From NCBI GenBank assembly GCA_025055295.1, contig JANWWW010000003.1, forward strand, positions 1 through 55,423: 55,423 bases of DNA, in the 5' to 3' direction. Source of the stretch: Deltaproteobacteria bacterium (lineage in GTDB: Bacteria; Bdellovibrionota_C; UBA2361; JANWWW01). The notes under the pieces were generated by a model. That model had not been told where the DNA came from. It saw only the letters and a list, made by a program, of their open reading frames with translations, and did no database searches. The position numbers and the translations under genes were made by a program. The stretch's first letter is position 1. Every line of letters starts with the position of its first letter. Shown piece after piece: positions 9,509 to 19,675 of the stretch.

Positions 9509-10165
9509 ATGGCATCGGAAGCTAAAACAGTTGAAGCAGGAGCGCCGCCCGTATATCACCATATAGACCCTGTTAATGCGTATCATGCTTCAAAACTTGG
9601 TATGTGGCTTTTTCTCGCCACCGAAATTTTGCTTTTTTCGGTTTTGTTTAGTGCGTTTGCAGTGTATAACTGGATGTACTTTGAATATTTTCATGACGCT
9701 GCCACTAAATTGGATTGGAGGCTTGGCGCCATAAACACGGCAGTGTTATTGTTTAGCAGTTACACAGCAGCTGTTGCCGTTTATAAAGCCCAAATAAGCG
9801 ATAACCGGGGAGTTGTAATAAATTTTGGAATTTCCTTTCTATGTGGGCTTATTTTTTTGGTAATAAAATATATTGAGTATTCGGCGAAGTACGAACATGG
9901 ATATTTTCCTGGAACTTCTTATTGGAACAGCACTGAATTTTCGGCTCACTACAAGAACTATTTCGGCCTTTATTATACTATGACTGGTTTGCATGCCCTT
10001 CATGTCGTCATTGGTATGGGTGTTTTGCTCTGGGTGATTGGCCTTGCCAGAAAAAATAGGTTCTCTAGCAGATACTATACTCCGGTCGAACTTGGGGCAC
10101 TGTATTGGCATCTTGTTGATCTAATATGGATTTTTCTTTTCCCCCTGCTTTATCTAATTGATTAA
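9509..10165 (+). CDS. coxC: cytochrome c oxidase subunit III
   Basis: GMWLFLATEILLF, NTAVLLFSS, TGLHALHV, YWHLVDLIWIFLFPLLY. Confidence 0.95.
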   Translation: MASEAKTVEAGAPPVYHHIDPVNAYHASKLGMWLFLATEILLFSVLFSAFAVYNWMYFEYFHDAATKLDWRLGAINTAVLLFSSYTAAVAVYKAQISDNRGVVINFGISFLCGLIFLVIKYIEYSAKYEHGYFPGTSYWNSTEFSAHYKNYFGLYYTMTGLHALHVVIGMGVLLWVIGLARKNRFSSRYYTPVELGALYWHLVDLIWIFLFPLLYLID

Positions 10166-10172
10166 ATTTCAT

Positions 10173-10499
10173 ATGGCAGAAGAACTCGGACATATAATAC
10201 ATCCAAGAACGTTTCTCAAAGTTTTGGTAATTCTTCTAGTCTTGACCTTACTTACTGTGCTACTCTCTCCAAGAGTATCGGGAGAGATGGTTGATTTTGG
10301 AAAAATCAATATTGTTATCGCTCTGAGTATAGCAATTATCAAGGCATCGCTTGTACTCAGTTACTTCATGCATTTAAAGTTTGAGGGTTTATGGATTTTG
10401 GTCTATTTTATAACGCCTGTAATCCTTTTATTAATTATGATTTTGGGCCTTTTTATTGACACTCCAGTTAGAATTGATCCAATTCAGCCTCCATTTTGA
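10173..10499 (+). CDS. coxD: cytochrome c oxidase subunit IV (caa3-type, CtaF/CyoD-like)
   Basis: Three TM helices, IAIIKASLVLSYFMHLKFE; last gene of the cox operon. Confidence 0.88.
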   Translation: MAEELGHIIHPRTFLKVLVILLVLTLLTVLLSPRVSGEMVDFGKINIVIALSIAIIKASLVLSYFMHLKFEGLWILVYFITPVILLLIMILGLFIDTPVRIDPIQPPF

Positions 10500-11161
10500 T
10501 CAAAAGTTACTTAGGAACTGCAAATAAATAACCATTAAGTTTGTTTGTTCACAGATATGTGGGAGAAGTTTAACCGTTAGACTCTAATTTGAACTCCGAC
10601 TTTAAGAACTTCGACCGTTTTAATAAAAAAAACAAAGCGCAGAAAAAATATTGCTTAACCCAACAACAAATCGGGATAGTCACAATGGACATTTGGCAAA
10701 AACCATAAGATAAAGAGGGCGCCTCGAAAAAAAAATTTACCCGTCGGCTTCGAAAGCATTTTACAGATTTTATGAACGCAGTTTAATGAAATAACAGTCG
10801 TAATCAAATATCACCGCAACACGATAATCATCGGCAAAGCATCTAACCTTATTACTTTAAAAACTGCATTTTACAAGACCAGATAAAAAACATTATTGCA
10901 GGGTCAGATGCGGATAACAATAACAAAGAAATTATGAAGTAGTCTAAACTGATAAAGCCTGTAGATTACTTAAAGAAATTTTTTCAGTAATATCGCAGTC
11001 AAAAATCTCCGAATCTAGAACTATTTTTTTAATTCACGCATACACACTCTCGAGACATTTCAATAATAATCGCATCGCAATAACGAAAAATTTTTTCTTT
11101 TTGGTCTTAAATTACTGGGAATTAAACACTCACACCGTATTGGATTACTTTAGATTACAGC

Positions 11162-11199
11162 GATCTAACAAAGTCTCTGTTCATAATCTTTGTTAGGTC
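11162..11199 (-). terminator. stem-loop downstream of nuoF (3'-end stabiliser or weak terminator)
   Basis: CTAACAAAG-N14-CTTTGTTAG, extendable by about 3 bp, ~35 nt after the nuoF stop; no clear U-tract. Confidence 0.35.
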
Positions 11200-11233
11200 A
11201 ACTTTCCAAAGAGAGCAAAAAAGAGCAAATATA

Positions 11234-12502
11234 TCATGGACTGACACTGGTCACTCCATAATCGATTGAGAAATCATCTGGGAATTTTTTAAGCAAACTA
11301 ATAACCGGAGTAACAAGAGCATCCCCGAATGGACAAATTGTGTGCCCGGCGATACCTGAACAAATCGCTTGAATTCGCTCTAGGTCTCCCGGATAAGCTG
11401 TTTTATTCTTAAGTTTTTGAAGAATGTCAACCAGCCACTTAGCTCCCTCTCGGCAAGGAGTACATTGTCCACACGACTCATGAGCGTAAAATTTTGCGAA
11501 GTTCAGACAAAGGTCAAGAGCAGAAACATTATCACCAAATACCATGAAACCCCCTGATCCTAACATGGTTCCCGCATTTTGAAGCGATTCATAATCAAGC
11601 TTTACACCCTCACACTCGCTCCATGTTAGGGCTGGAACAGAGCTACCCCCAGGGATGACAATTTTAGGGGTTACGTTTTCTATAATACCCCCACAAACAT
11701 CGTTAATAAACCCGATTAAATCAACACCTAATTCGACTTCATAAACCCCGGGTTTGCAAACTATTCCGCTAACACTAAAAAGCTTAGTGCCCTTACTTTT
11801 TTCCGTTCCTAGTTTGGCGTACTCTTCAGCGCCCATATCAAAAATGACAGGTAGAGCACAAAGGGTTTCAACGTTATTAATTACAGTAGGGCACCCGTAC
11901 AAGCCTTTTACCGCAGGAAACGGTGGTTTGATCCGAGGATAACCTTTTTTCCCTTCAAGGGAATTTAACAGCGCGGTTTCCTCTCCACAGATATACGCAC
12001 CCGCTCCTCTGTGGATTGTTATGTTAACTGAAACACCTGAGCCTAAAATGTTATCCCCTAAATATCCTGATTGGTTGGCTTCTTTAATTGCATCTAATAG
12101 AACCTTGTATGCGTACTGATACTCACCTCTTATGTATATGAATGCAAGCTTCGACCCGAGAGCGTAACACGCAATCAGTATCCCTTCTATGAGCAAAAAT
12201 GGATCTCGTTCCATCAGGATTCGGTCCTTAAATGTTCCCGGTTCACTCTCGTCCGCGTTACAGACTACATAAACAGGCTTACCAGAATTTTTAGGTACAA
12301 AGCTCCATTTCAGCCCAGTGGGAAAACCCGCTCCACCACGTCCCCGAAGACCACTTACCTTTACATGTTCTATGACCTGATCAGGACTTAGCTCCAAAAC
12401 CTTTCTGAAACCTCTAAAGCCTCCCCTTTCTATGTACTTTTCAAGGCATTTTTGATCATCATAGGTGATATTTTTTAGCAACAAGCGCGTTTCTTTAATC
12501 AT
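11234..12502 (-). CDS. nuoF: NADH-quinone oxidoreductase subunit F
   Basis: GLRGRGGAGFPTG, NADESEPGTFKD, GAGAYICGEETALLNSLEG, ESCGQCTPCREG. Confidence 0.97.
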   Translation of the reverse strand: MIKETRLLLKNITYDDQKCLEKYIERGGFRGFRKVLELSPDQVIEHVKVSGLRGRGGAGFPTGLKWSFVPKNSGKPVYVVCNADESEPGTFKDRILMERDPFLLIEGILIACYALGSKLAFIYIRGEYQYAYKVLLDAIKEANQSGYLGDNILGSGVSVNITIHRGAGAYICGEETALLNSLEGKKGYPRIKPPFPAVKGLYGCPTVINNVETLCALPVIFDMGAEEYAKLGTEKSKGTKLFSVSGIVCKPGVYEVELGVDLIGFINDVCGGIIENVTPKIVIPGGSSVPALTWSECEGVKLDYESLQNAGTMLGSGGFMVFGDNVSALDLCLNFAKFYAHESCGQCTPCREGAKWLVDILQKLKNKTAYPGDLERIQAICSGIAGHTICPFGDALVTPVISLLKKFPDDFSIDYGVTSVSP

Positions 12503-13085
12503 TTTTTAATATCCTCGAGAAAGGGTAATCAAGGAAATCTGCCGAGAAATCGTCACGAAAAACACTTAATTTCAATTCTGGTCGTTCCCTTTTAATCCTC
12601 TCAAGCAAGTTTTTAAGCGCCTCAACTGTTACACATTCAAACAACCTGTCGTTTATCAAAACTGCTGGAGCTGTGCCACAAGATCCTATGCATTCCACAA
12701 GTTCCCAACTAAACAAACCGTCGTCAGAAGGAACTAGCTGATCCTTGCCGACAAAACCTTTTATGAATTCAATAAGCTCTTGTCCGCCACAAAAAAAACA
12801 GCTAGCAGTCCTACATACCTGAATATGGTATTTCCCCACTGGTTTTAAATGAAACATGGTATAAAAAGTCGCAAGCTCCAGCACATGCGCAGGGCTTAAT
12901 TCAGACTTTTCCGCTACAAACTCAATGGCTTCTTTTGAGACAAAACCTAGAAGCTCCTGACACGCAAATAAAAGTGGCATTGCCAAGCTTTGCTTTTCAG
13001 GATATTGACTGGAAATTCGTAAAAAATATTCGTTTAATCTCTGTTTTTCCTCCACAGACAACGGTCTAGACAATAGCTCCATCAT
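12495..13085 (-). CDS. nuoE: NADH-quinone oxidoreductase subunit E
   Basis: ATFYTMF, 2Fe-2S ligands CRTASC...CIGSC. Confidence 0.93.
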   Translation of the reverse strand: MMELLSRPLSVEEKQRLNEYFLRISSQYPEKQSLAMPLLFACQELLGFVSKEAIEFVAEKSELSPAHVLELATFYTMFHLKPVGKYHIQVCRTASCFFCGGQELIEFIKGFVGKDQLVPSDDGLFSWELVECIGSCGTAPAVLINDRLFECVTVEALKNLLERIKRERPELKLSVFRDDFSADFLDYPFSRILKND

Positions 13086-14323
13086 CGATCACATTCACCC
13101 CCTATCATATTCATCATTCCAAAAGTTGGAATTACGTCCGCAAGATTTGCTCCAATGATCATATGTCTGAACGCTCCCATATGTACAAACGACGGGCTTC
13201 TACAATGACACCTGTAAGGCTTTCCTGAACCGTCAGAAACGATATAGAAGCCGACTTCGCCATTTCCTCCTTCGACAGCATGGTACACTTCGCCTTTTGG
13301 AGGTCGAACTCCAAACATGACAAGTTCAAAATGTTTAATCATTCCTTCAATTGAGGAATAAGTTTCTGATTTTTCAGGCAAAACATATCTGCTATCTGAC
13401 GCTTTTATCGGTCCATCAGGCAAATCTTTTAGGGCTTGTTTAATTATTTTTATGCTTTCAAAAATCTCTTCCAACCTTACCTGAAATCTGTCAAAGTTAT
13501 CCCCTTTTTCTCCTAACGGCACTCTGAATTTAAAGTTTTCATAACCCGAATAAGGAAAATCTCGCCGAACATCATAATCTATACCGCTCGCTCTGCCCAA
13601 AGGTCCTGTAAAACCAAAACTCAAAGCTTCTTCGTACGAAACTTTTGCAACGTCGCACATTCTTAACTGAAATATTCTGTTACCTGTCAGTAGATCGTCT
13701 CCAAGCTTGACCAATTCTTCCACCCTAGGCAAAACAGCCAGAACATTGTCCTTAAAATTCTCCGGAAGATCCCATGCCAATCCCCCTACCCGACCATACG
13801 AAATGGTCAGTCTAGCTCCGGTAACCGATTCGATTATTTGATAAAGAAACTCTCTGGCTTCCATATAGTATAGCATCACGGAGAAGGCGTTTAGCTCCAT
13901 AGCACTAGCTCCTAAACACGTTAAGTGGTCTGTTATGCGACTTATCTCTGATAGTATCACTCTAATATATTTACAACGGGGCGGTACCTCGATACCACAA
14001 AGCTTTTCAACAGCTTCACAAAAGCCAAAGTTATTTATCAAAGGGGAGACATAATTAAGGCGATCAGTGTATGGCATACACTGGTTGTACGTTACCGTTT
14101 CACACATTTTCTCAAAACCTCGGTGCAGGTAACCGACTTCCACTTCCGCATCTCTAACTGTCTCACCTTCAAGTTTAACGACAATCCGTATCGTTCCATG
14201 AGTTGCAGGATGGCTGGGTCCGATGTTTAATATGAACTCCTTACCCTCAGGATCAGGCAATATTATGTTTTGGCTTATACCGCCTAAAGCTCCATCAGAT
14301 CCTACAGGGTTATCTTGCGACAC
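13082..14323 (-). CDS. nuoD: NADH-quinone oxidoreductase subunit D
   Basis: NIGPSHPATHG, GYLHRGFEK, DRLNY, RSPSF, GECDR. Confidence 0.97.
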   Translation of the reverse strand: MSQDNPVGSDGALGGISQNIILPDPEGKEFILNIGPSHPATHGTIRIVVKLEGETVRDAEVEVGYLHRGFEKMCETVTYNQCMPYTDRLNYVSPLINNFGFCEAVEKLCGIEVPPRCKYIRVILSEISRITDHLTCLGASAMELNAFSVMLYYMEAREFLYQIIESVTGARLTISYGRVGGLAWDLPENFKDNVLAVLPRVEELVKLGDDLLTGNRIFQLRMCDVAKVSYEEALSFGFTGPLGRASGIDYDVRRDFPYSGYENFKFRVPLGEKGDNFDRFQVRLEEIFESIKIIKQALKDLPDGPIKASDSRYVLPEKSETYSSIEGMIKHFELVMFGVRPPKGEVYHAVEGGNGEVGFYIVSDGSGKPYRCHCRSPSFVHMGAFRHMIIGANLADVIPTFGMMNMIGGECDR

Positions 14324-15048
14324 TTTCTTAGTTTATCGCTTACGGCCTCGATTTGCCACACTTTAACTTCCCTTTTTTATCGAACTTATCCAAGTTTCTC
14401 ATGGTTGTGCTCATAGCGTGGGCTGGCTAGTAAGACGCTAATTATGTAAGAATACGAATTTCGCTAAAATCCAAAAAAGCCCTAAGATCAGTTCTTGATA
14501 ATGAAATTTACATGGTCCAAGGTAGTGCCGTAAAACGCCGTTGTTTAATAGATCCTAGGGAGTCCTTACTACCGTGCCTCGCAAAACTTTGATTTTTTAC
14601 GTAGTTTTTAAAAACATGTATCAACATGCCGTGAATACGCCTACACAGAAAGTCTGTTTACGAGGTTTATACTTAACTTACGAGTATTTAGGCGACTCTT
14701 GACCGTGTTACTTTCAGGCCAAGTTTTGGGTAATTAACGCTGATGATTATATTTTTAATTTTTTGATCTTTATTCTCAAACAGGCATCAAGCAGATTTAG
14801 CCATGATGTATTCGATCCAGAAACACTTTAGTTATGCCGGTTTAAGTTTTTTTTAATTTTTGTTAAAGCATATCTGGCGCTTGTTGAAAAATTCTGTTGC
14901 AAAACAATATTTCAAAAATTCAACGTTTTACTATTGGATTATGTTTACTTTTTTGCCAAATCTTTGAAGAAAGTTGAGTTTTTTCAACAACCCTAGATTA
15001 GTGAGACACGCTTTTCTGGAACTTTTGTCGTTAGACAAGTTCCTCACA

Positions 15049-15840
15049 TTACCAATTTTGAGAAGGCGATTTCTTTAGCTCGGTTAATTCAAGAAATTTG
15101 TTTAAAAGGTGTGTATGGTACGGCCATGACGGCGGAATGCTTTTTATCCAAAGCAATACAACTTCTTTTACTTTTTTTTCAAATTCAGCAAAATTGGCTA
15201 CCGTGCGTCTCGGAAAAGTCACGTCTGTAGTGTCGTTAATTTGTGATCCAAGTTCCTCGTGGGATTTAATTAATTCCAAACCGCTTACCCCCAACTTTCG
15301 TGAAAGCCTAGCAAAAGCCGAAATTCTGTAATTATTCCCAACGGTGACAAGAGCTTCTGAAATAGAAGAAAGTTGTTCAACATGCTTGTTTAAGTTGTCA
15401 ACGAGCAATTTTGCAACATTTTCATCTTGACAGGTGTGAGCGTGCTCAGTGACGGCCATAATTAGTCGTAAGCAATCAATGGCTCCACTTATAAACTCAA
15501 TCATTTTAGCGTGGGCTTTGATGAAATAACCTAACCTTTTATGGCAAGGAATTTTCTTCAATACTTCAGAGAGCGAGTATAAATTTTGGACCAAATTTTT
15601 GAAATCATTCTCGCTTAAATGTTTTACACTTTCAGCGAATGTGCGTGGATTGGTTAAGGTTTTAATAATCAAAAGTTCAAATTGAATGTAGTTAAACTTG
15701 AGCGCCAAAAGTCTTAGATATTCCTTGTGATCTGTACGGATAGTCCTTTCCAAACTTTCTTTCACCGCGGAATAAAACTTCAGCGCCTCCGCGACTGTTT
15801 TTTCCAAAGTTTTATGGTTTCCCTGACTGAGTTTAAGCAC
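15049..15840 (-). CDS. hypothetical alpha-helical orphan protein
   Basis: 263-codon ORF in AT-rich DNA with an extended -10 box 7 nt upstream; no recognisable motif. Confidence 0.7.
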   Translation of the reverse strand: MLKLSQGNHKTLEKTVAEALKFYSAVKESLERTIRTDHKEYLRLLALKFNYIQFELLIIKTLTNPRTFAESVKHLSENDFKNLVQNLYSLSEVLKKIPCHKRLGYFIKAHAKMIEFISGAIDCLRLIMAVTEHAHTCQDENVAKLLVDNLNKHVEQLSSISEALVTVGNNYRISAFARLSRKLGVSGLELIKSHEELGSQINDTTDVTFPRRTVANFAEFEKKVKEVVLLWIKSIPPSWPYHTHLLNKFLELTELKKSPSQNW

Positions 15841-15847
15841 TGCAGAA

Positions 15848-15856
15848 ATTTTAACA
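15848..15856 (-). promoter_or_regulatory. extended -10 promoter, leaderless geometry
   Basis: TG-T-TAAAAT, 7 nt before GTG 15840. Confidence 0.55.
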
Positions 15857-16109
15857 TTGTGTCGGCTTTCCAGGGAAACGACATATGGCGGAATAAAATG
15901 TTTTCACATATTAAAAATTTTTCGTCGCTGCTCCCAAATAACCTCAAGTTTCACTCCCAGCGAGCGAAAAATTGTAGGTTCTAAGTTGTATTTTCAAATG
16001 TATAAAGCAAAAGGTTTGTGATGATGAATAATCAACAGGATAAATGACCGTTTTCTGTAATTAAGCCATGTCACAAAATACCTCATTTAAGGAATAATAT
16101 AGGTAGAGT

Positions 16110-17462
16110 ATGAGTCCCCTCTTTCCTGAACCAGATCGAGCTGGGATCGAGGAATTTATTTCAAAGGCAAGACGAGATTCTGAGGTTTTATTGCAAAAAT
16201 TTGATTACTCTCATTTGCCGCTAAGTGTCGAGGTGCTTCTGACAAAACCAACTGATCGGGAGCAACGCAGCATGATAATTATTCTATCGGAGCCTGAAAA
16301 ACCTCCTCCAGAAGGGTGTAAGTTTTCTTTTGAAACATTTTTCAACATCATAAAGTCAAATTTTTTCAAAGCCCGGGAAGCGCTTAAAAGTGCCATCGAA
16401 CTAGGCATATTTAGCGACTTTGAAATTAAAGAGGGTGTCTACAACGGACACAAAACTGTGTTACTAATAACTGAGCTCCCGCGAGATATTATTAATTGGC
16501 TTGATTACAGGGCTTCCGTCTCTGACAAATCTCTTAGACAGCTTGCAGTTGAAAAACGTGCTCGAGAATTAAAAGGTGAGGATGTGCCAAGTTTTTTACG
16601 ACTTTATTTCAATACCGATTTCACTGAAATTTTTAATATTTCCGAAGAATTTTGGAGAGTTCAACGCGAGCTTGCGCAAATTTGCACTTTTGTAGGGTCT
16701 GTTTGTGGTGATTATAGGATACCATTGCTCCCAATAACATATTCATGTTGGGTAACAACTCCTAAATCTTATGCTCCAGCAGTTGTATTTAATCCATGGT
16801 TCTCTATTTTTTTAGGAGTTGTTTACACAGACGTCCGTAAGCCGTCAAAAGGCGAGTGTTTTACCCTATTTAAACAGGGGTTTTTACGTCACATCTTACG
16901 GGCCCCGACGGCAACACAACACAGCAGGTACTACATCAAAGATGAAAATGTGCCGTTGATGTTCCGCTCCCTTGTAAGTGGTCTTTTGTATGGGCACATA
17001 TCAAATTTTTATGAATTGCTCAAATACTTGAATGAAATTGCCAAATCACAGCCATCTGATTTCTTTCCGGCCAATCTGAGAGAAAAAGTTCAGTCTGCAT
17101 ATGAGGCGGGAGGGCTTGACACGTTGACGAGTGTTAATCAAAGCATCGAAACGAAACAGCAATTAGGAGAATTATTAGAGAAGTCAATGGACAAAACCAC
17201 AAGAAAAGCAACGTACATAGATGGCTTTTTCGAATTTGGAAGGTATGGAATAACATTTGCGAAAGTGGTCACTGGGTTGAGCGTTGTACTTGGATCAACT
17301 GGTATTTTCACAAGCTTGTTTGGCATAGGACGTACCATTATTCCTATTGATTTTATCGAAAGTTTGGCTTTAACTGCGGTGGGCGCAGGAACGTTTTTCA
17401 TCTTTAAACTGTTTGAAAAGTACTCGGGCTTGTCTGTGCTCAGGCGATTTAAATTATTCTGA
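16110..17462 (+). CDS. hypothetical protein with a C-terminal two-helix membrane anchor
   Basis: 450-codon ORF; two Gly-rich hydrophobic segments near the C-terminus; no signal peptide. Confidence 0.75.
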   Translation: MSPLFPEPDRAGIEEFISKARRDSEVLLQKFDYSHLPLSVEVLLTKPTDREQRSMIIILSEPEKPPPEGCKFSFETFFNIIKSNFFKAREALKSAIELGIFSDFEIKEGVYNGHKTVLLITELPRDIINWLDYRASVSDKSLRQLAVEKRARELKGEDVPSFLRLYFNTDFTEIFNISEEFWRVQRELAQICTFVGSVCGDYRIPLLPITYSCWVTTPKSYAPAVVFNPWFSIFLGVVYTDVRKPSKGECFTLFKQGFLRHILRAPTATQHSRYYIKDENVPLMFRSLVSGLLYGHISNFYELLKYLNEIAKSQPSDFFPANLREKVQSAYEAGGLDTLTSVNQSIETKQQLGELLEKSMDKTTRKATYIDGFFEFGRYGITFAKVVTGLSVVLGSTGIFTSLFGIGRTIIPIDFIESLALTAVGAGTFFIFKLFEKYSGLSVLRRFKLF

Positions 17463-17836
17463 GATTGAAAACGATTTGTCTTTTTTTGCGTATATAAACA
17501 GGGTCGTTACATAGAGTTTTGCCTAAAAGCCCTCCGAAATTTTAATTTTGTTCGAAAAGTGATAAGAAAAGGTAGACGAGATCCAGCACAATTCAGGCTT
17601 TTTATGAAGTTGCTTTTAAAATACTTCTTCATTTTAATAAAAATTCAATTAAAGGAAAGTTCGCTCAGTTGATCCATGATGGGATAAAAACGGCAGTCAG
17701 TAAAAAAATTTCAAACTAAAGTGGCACGACTATTTTTTTAATGTTTTGATTTTATTTTTGAGCCGAATTGCGAGTTTACCTTAAATACGCTGGTTTAATT
17801 AAGTTCAACATACTTCTTAAACTACGCATTTTTTGG

Positions 17837-19300
17837 CTACTGGAATAAAACTGGCGGCACGGCTTTGTGAAAAGAATGATTTGACTCGAACAGCCAAGCA
17901 AGTCTGTAAATTATGTCTTCCCTAAACTGTTTGGCGTAAATTTGAATCCCGATTGGAAAACCGGTATCGGAAAAACCTGCTGGAAAAGACAATGCAGGAT
18001 ATCCACAAAGGTTTGCGCACACAGTAAAAATATCCATTAAGTAGTCTTTGATTACGTCTCTCCGGTTATCATCGATTTTGGGAGGGAGATCTGGAGCTGT
18101 GGGCAGCAATAACGCGGCGCATTCTTCAAAAATCGACTCAAACTCTCTGAATATGGCTGTTCGAAGTCGCAAAGCCTTTTGATAATACCTGCCATGATAG
18201 CCCGCAGACAGTACGAAATTACCAAGAATTATTCTCCTCTGCACTTCCTCCCCAAAACCTTCAGTCCTTATTCTTGTATAATACTCATTTAAATCGCAAC
18301 CATCGTGTTTTTCTGTGTCACTCCTGTTCCAACCGTACCTAATCCCGTCATACCTGCTAAGATTTGAAGCTGCCTCCGCAGTGCATATGATGTAATAACA
18401 AGGTATCGCATATTCAATCGTTTTAAGTTTAACCGGCACCACTGATATACCCTGCGTCTCAAAGAACTCTATCACGTACTCGTACACTCGTTTTATTGAA
18501 GGATTGATCGAACCGGAGTATTCTTCAAGATCCAGATACCCGATCTTTAAAGGCAGTGGTGAATTGATGACTTCCTCGAAAGAATACGGCTCATGCTGAA
18601 CGGTTGTAGCGTCATTTCGATCAAAGCCACTAATAAACTCCAACGCTTTTGCGCACGTTTCAATGTCAGTAGCCATAACTCCTATTTGGTCAAGACTTGA
18701 ACCAAAGGCGATTAATCCAAACCTGCTAACTTTCCCGTAGGTAGGCTTAAGGCCATAACATCCGCAGTAACTGGCGGGAAGTCTAACAGAACCCCCTGTA
18801 TCTGATCCCAACGCAAACGAGCAAATTCTGCACGACACTGCGACCGCCGAGCCTCCACTAGAACCTCCTGAAACATATTCCAAATTCCAAGGGTTCTTAC
18901 AAGGGCCGAAAAAGCTGTTTTGGTTTCGGGATCCCATTCCAAATTCATCAAGATTGGATTTTCCTACAATTATTGCACCTGCTTGAATTATTTTTTCTAC
19001 AGCAGTTGCATTATAAGGCGGAACATAGTTTAACAAAATTCTGCTTGCAGCGGTCGTGGGAATTCCTTTGGTGAGTATGTTATCTTTAACAACAACTGGG
19101 ACATTCGATAAAAAACCAGATTTTTCCATTTGACTGTTCTCAAACTCCTCTGGATTAAAATTCCAATAAACTATCGCATTAGTCGTCCTCGTTCTAAGGT
19201 AATTCGCATAAAGGTCGGCAAAAATCTTTAATCGGTTTTCTTTCTTTTTAAGGATTTCACCTATCGCTTTAAATGTCAGGTCAAGAGTCATCTTCAACAA
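17837..19300 (-). CDS. gatA: Asp/Glu-tRNA amidotransferase subunit A
   Basis: VKDNI, NLDEFGMGS, GGSSGGSA, GSDTGGSVRLPAS, SNLSRYDGIRYG, GFGEEVQRRIILG. Confidence 0.97.
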   Translation of the reverse strand: MLKMTLDLTFKAIGEILKKKENRLKIFADLYANYLRTRTTNAIVYWNFNPEEFENSQMEKSGFLSNVPVVVKDNILTKGIPTTAASRILLNYVPPYNATAVEKIIQAGAIIVGKSNLDEFGMGSRNQNSFFGPCKNPWNLEYVSGGSSGGSAVAVSCRICSFALGSDTGGSVRLPASYCGCYGLKPTYGKVSRFGLIAFGSSLDQIGVMATDIETCAKALEFISGFDRNDATTVQHEPYSFEEVINSPLPLKIGYLDLEEYSGSINPSIKRVYEYVIEFFETQGISVVPVKLKTIEYAIPCYYIICTAEAASNLSRYDGIRYGWNRSDTEKHDGCDLNEYYTRIRTEGFGEEVQRRIILGNFVLSAGYHGRYYQKALRLRTAIFREFESIFEECAALLLPTAPDLPPKIDDNRRDVIKDYLMDIFTVCANLCGYPALSFPAGFSDTGFPIGIQIYAKQFREDIIYRLAWLFESNHSFHKAVPPVLFQ

Positions 19301-19577
19301 TTAATGGGCACTCTATGAATGGTCCATTCTTTGACGGAACCTGATCAAGCAAGCAGGATTGTGGAATGTTTTCCGGCTCAAATACCTCTTGAATTCTGAT
19401 TTGAGAAGATGTAGGGTAAACCATTTCTTCCTCCGGAAGATCGGTGACCGAGTCCAACTGATCAAACAGCTTGAATACCGCTTTTATACTTTGCGCTAAA
19501 GATTCATTCGAGCTGACCGCAAGTCTTGACAATTGACCCACTACGGATAAAAGTGTGTTTAGCTCTTTCCCGTCCAT
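19281..19577 (-). CDS. gatC: Asp/Glu-tRNA amidotransferase subunit C (divergent)
   Basis: 98 aa, overlaps the gatA start; LSRL...FDQLDSV...LLDQVP..GPFIECPLIVE fits the GatC layout. Confidence 0.7.
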   Translation of the reverse strand: MDGKELNTLLSVVGQLSRLAVSSNESLAQSIKAVFKLFDQLDSVTDLPEEEMVYPTSSQIRIQEVFEPENIPQSCLLDQVPSKNGPFIECPLIVEDDS

Positions 19578-19675
19578 TTTTCAGTTACTACGTTAAAATT
19601 AAAATCCAAAACCATTAAATTTTGCCATACTCAAACTCTTTTTTGTATCAAAAATTATAGATACACTAAATATCA

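Noticed and set aside
14881-14990. 11-bp inverted repeat TTGTTGAAAAA...TTTTTCAACAA as possible MITE ends
   Set aside because: Low-complexity AT-rich arms, no target-site duplication and no second copy seen
17722-17737. TGGCACG as a possible sigma54 -24 element
   Set aside because: No TTGC at -12, and it lies between convergent genes
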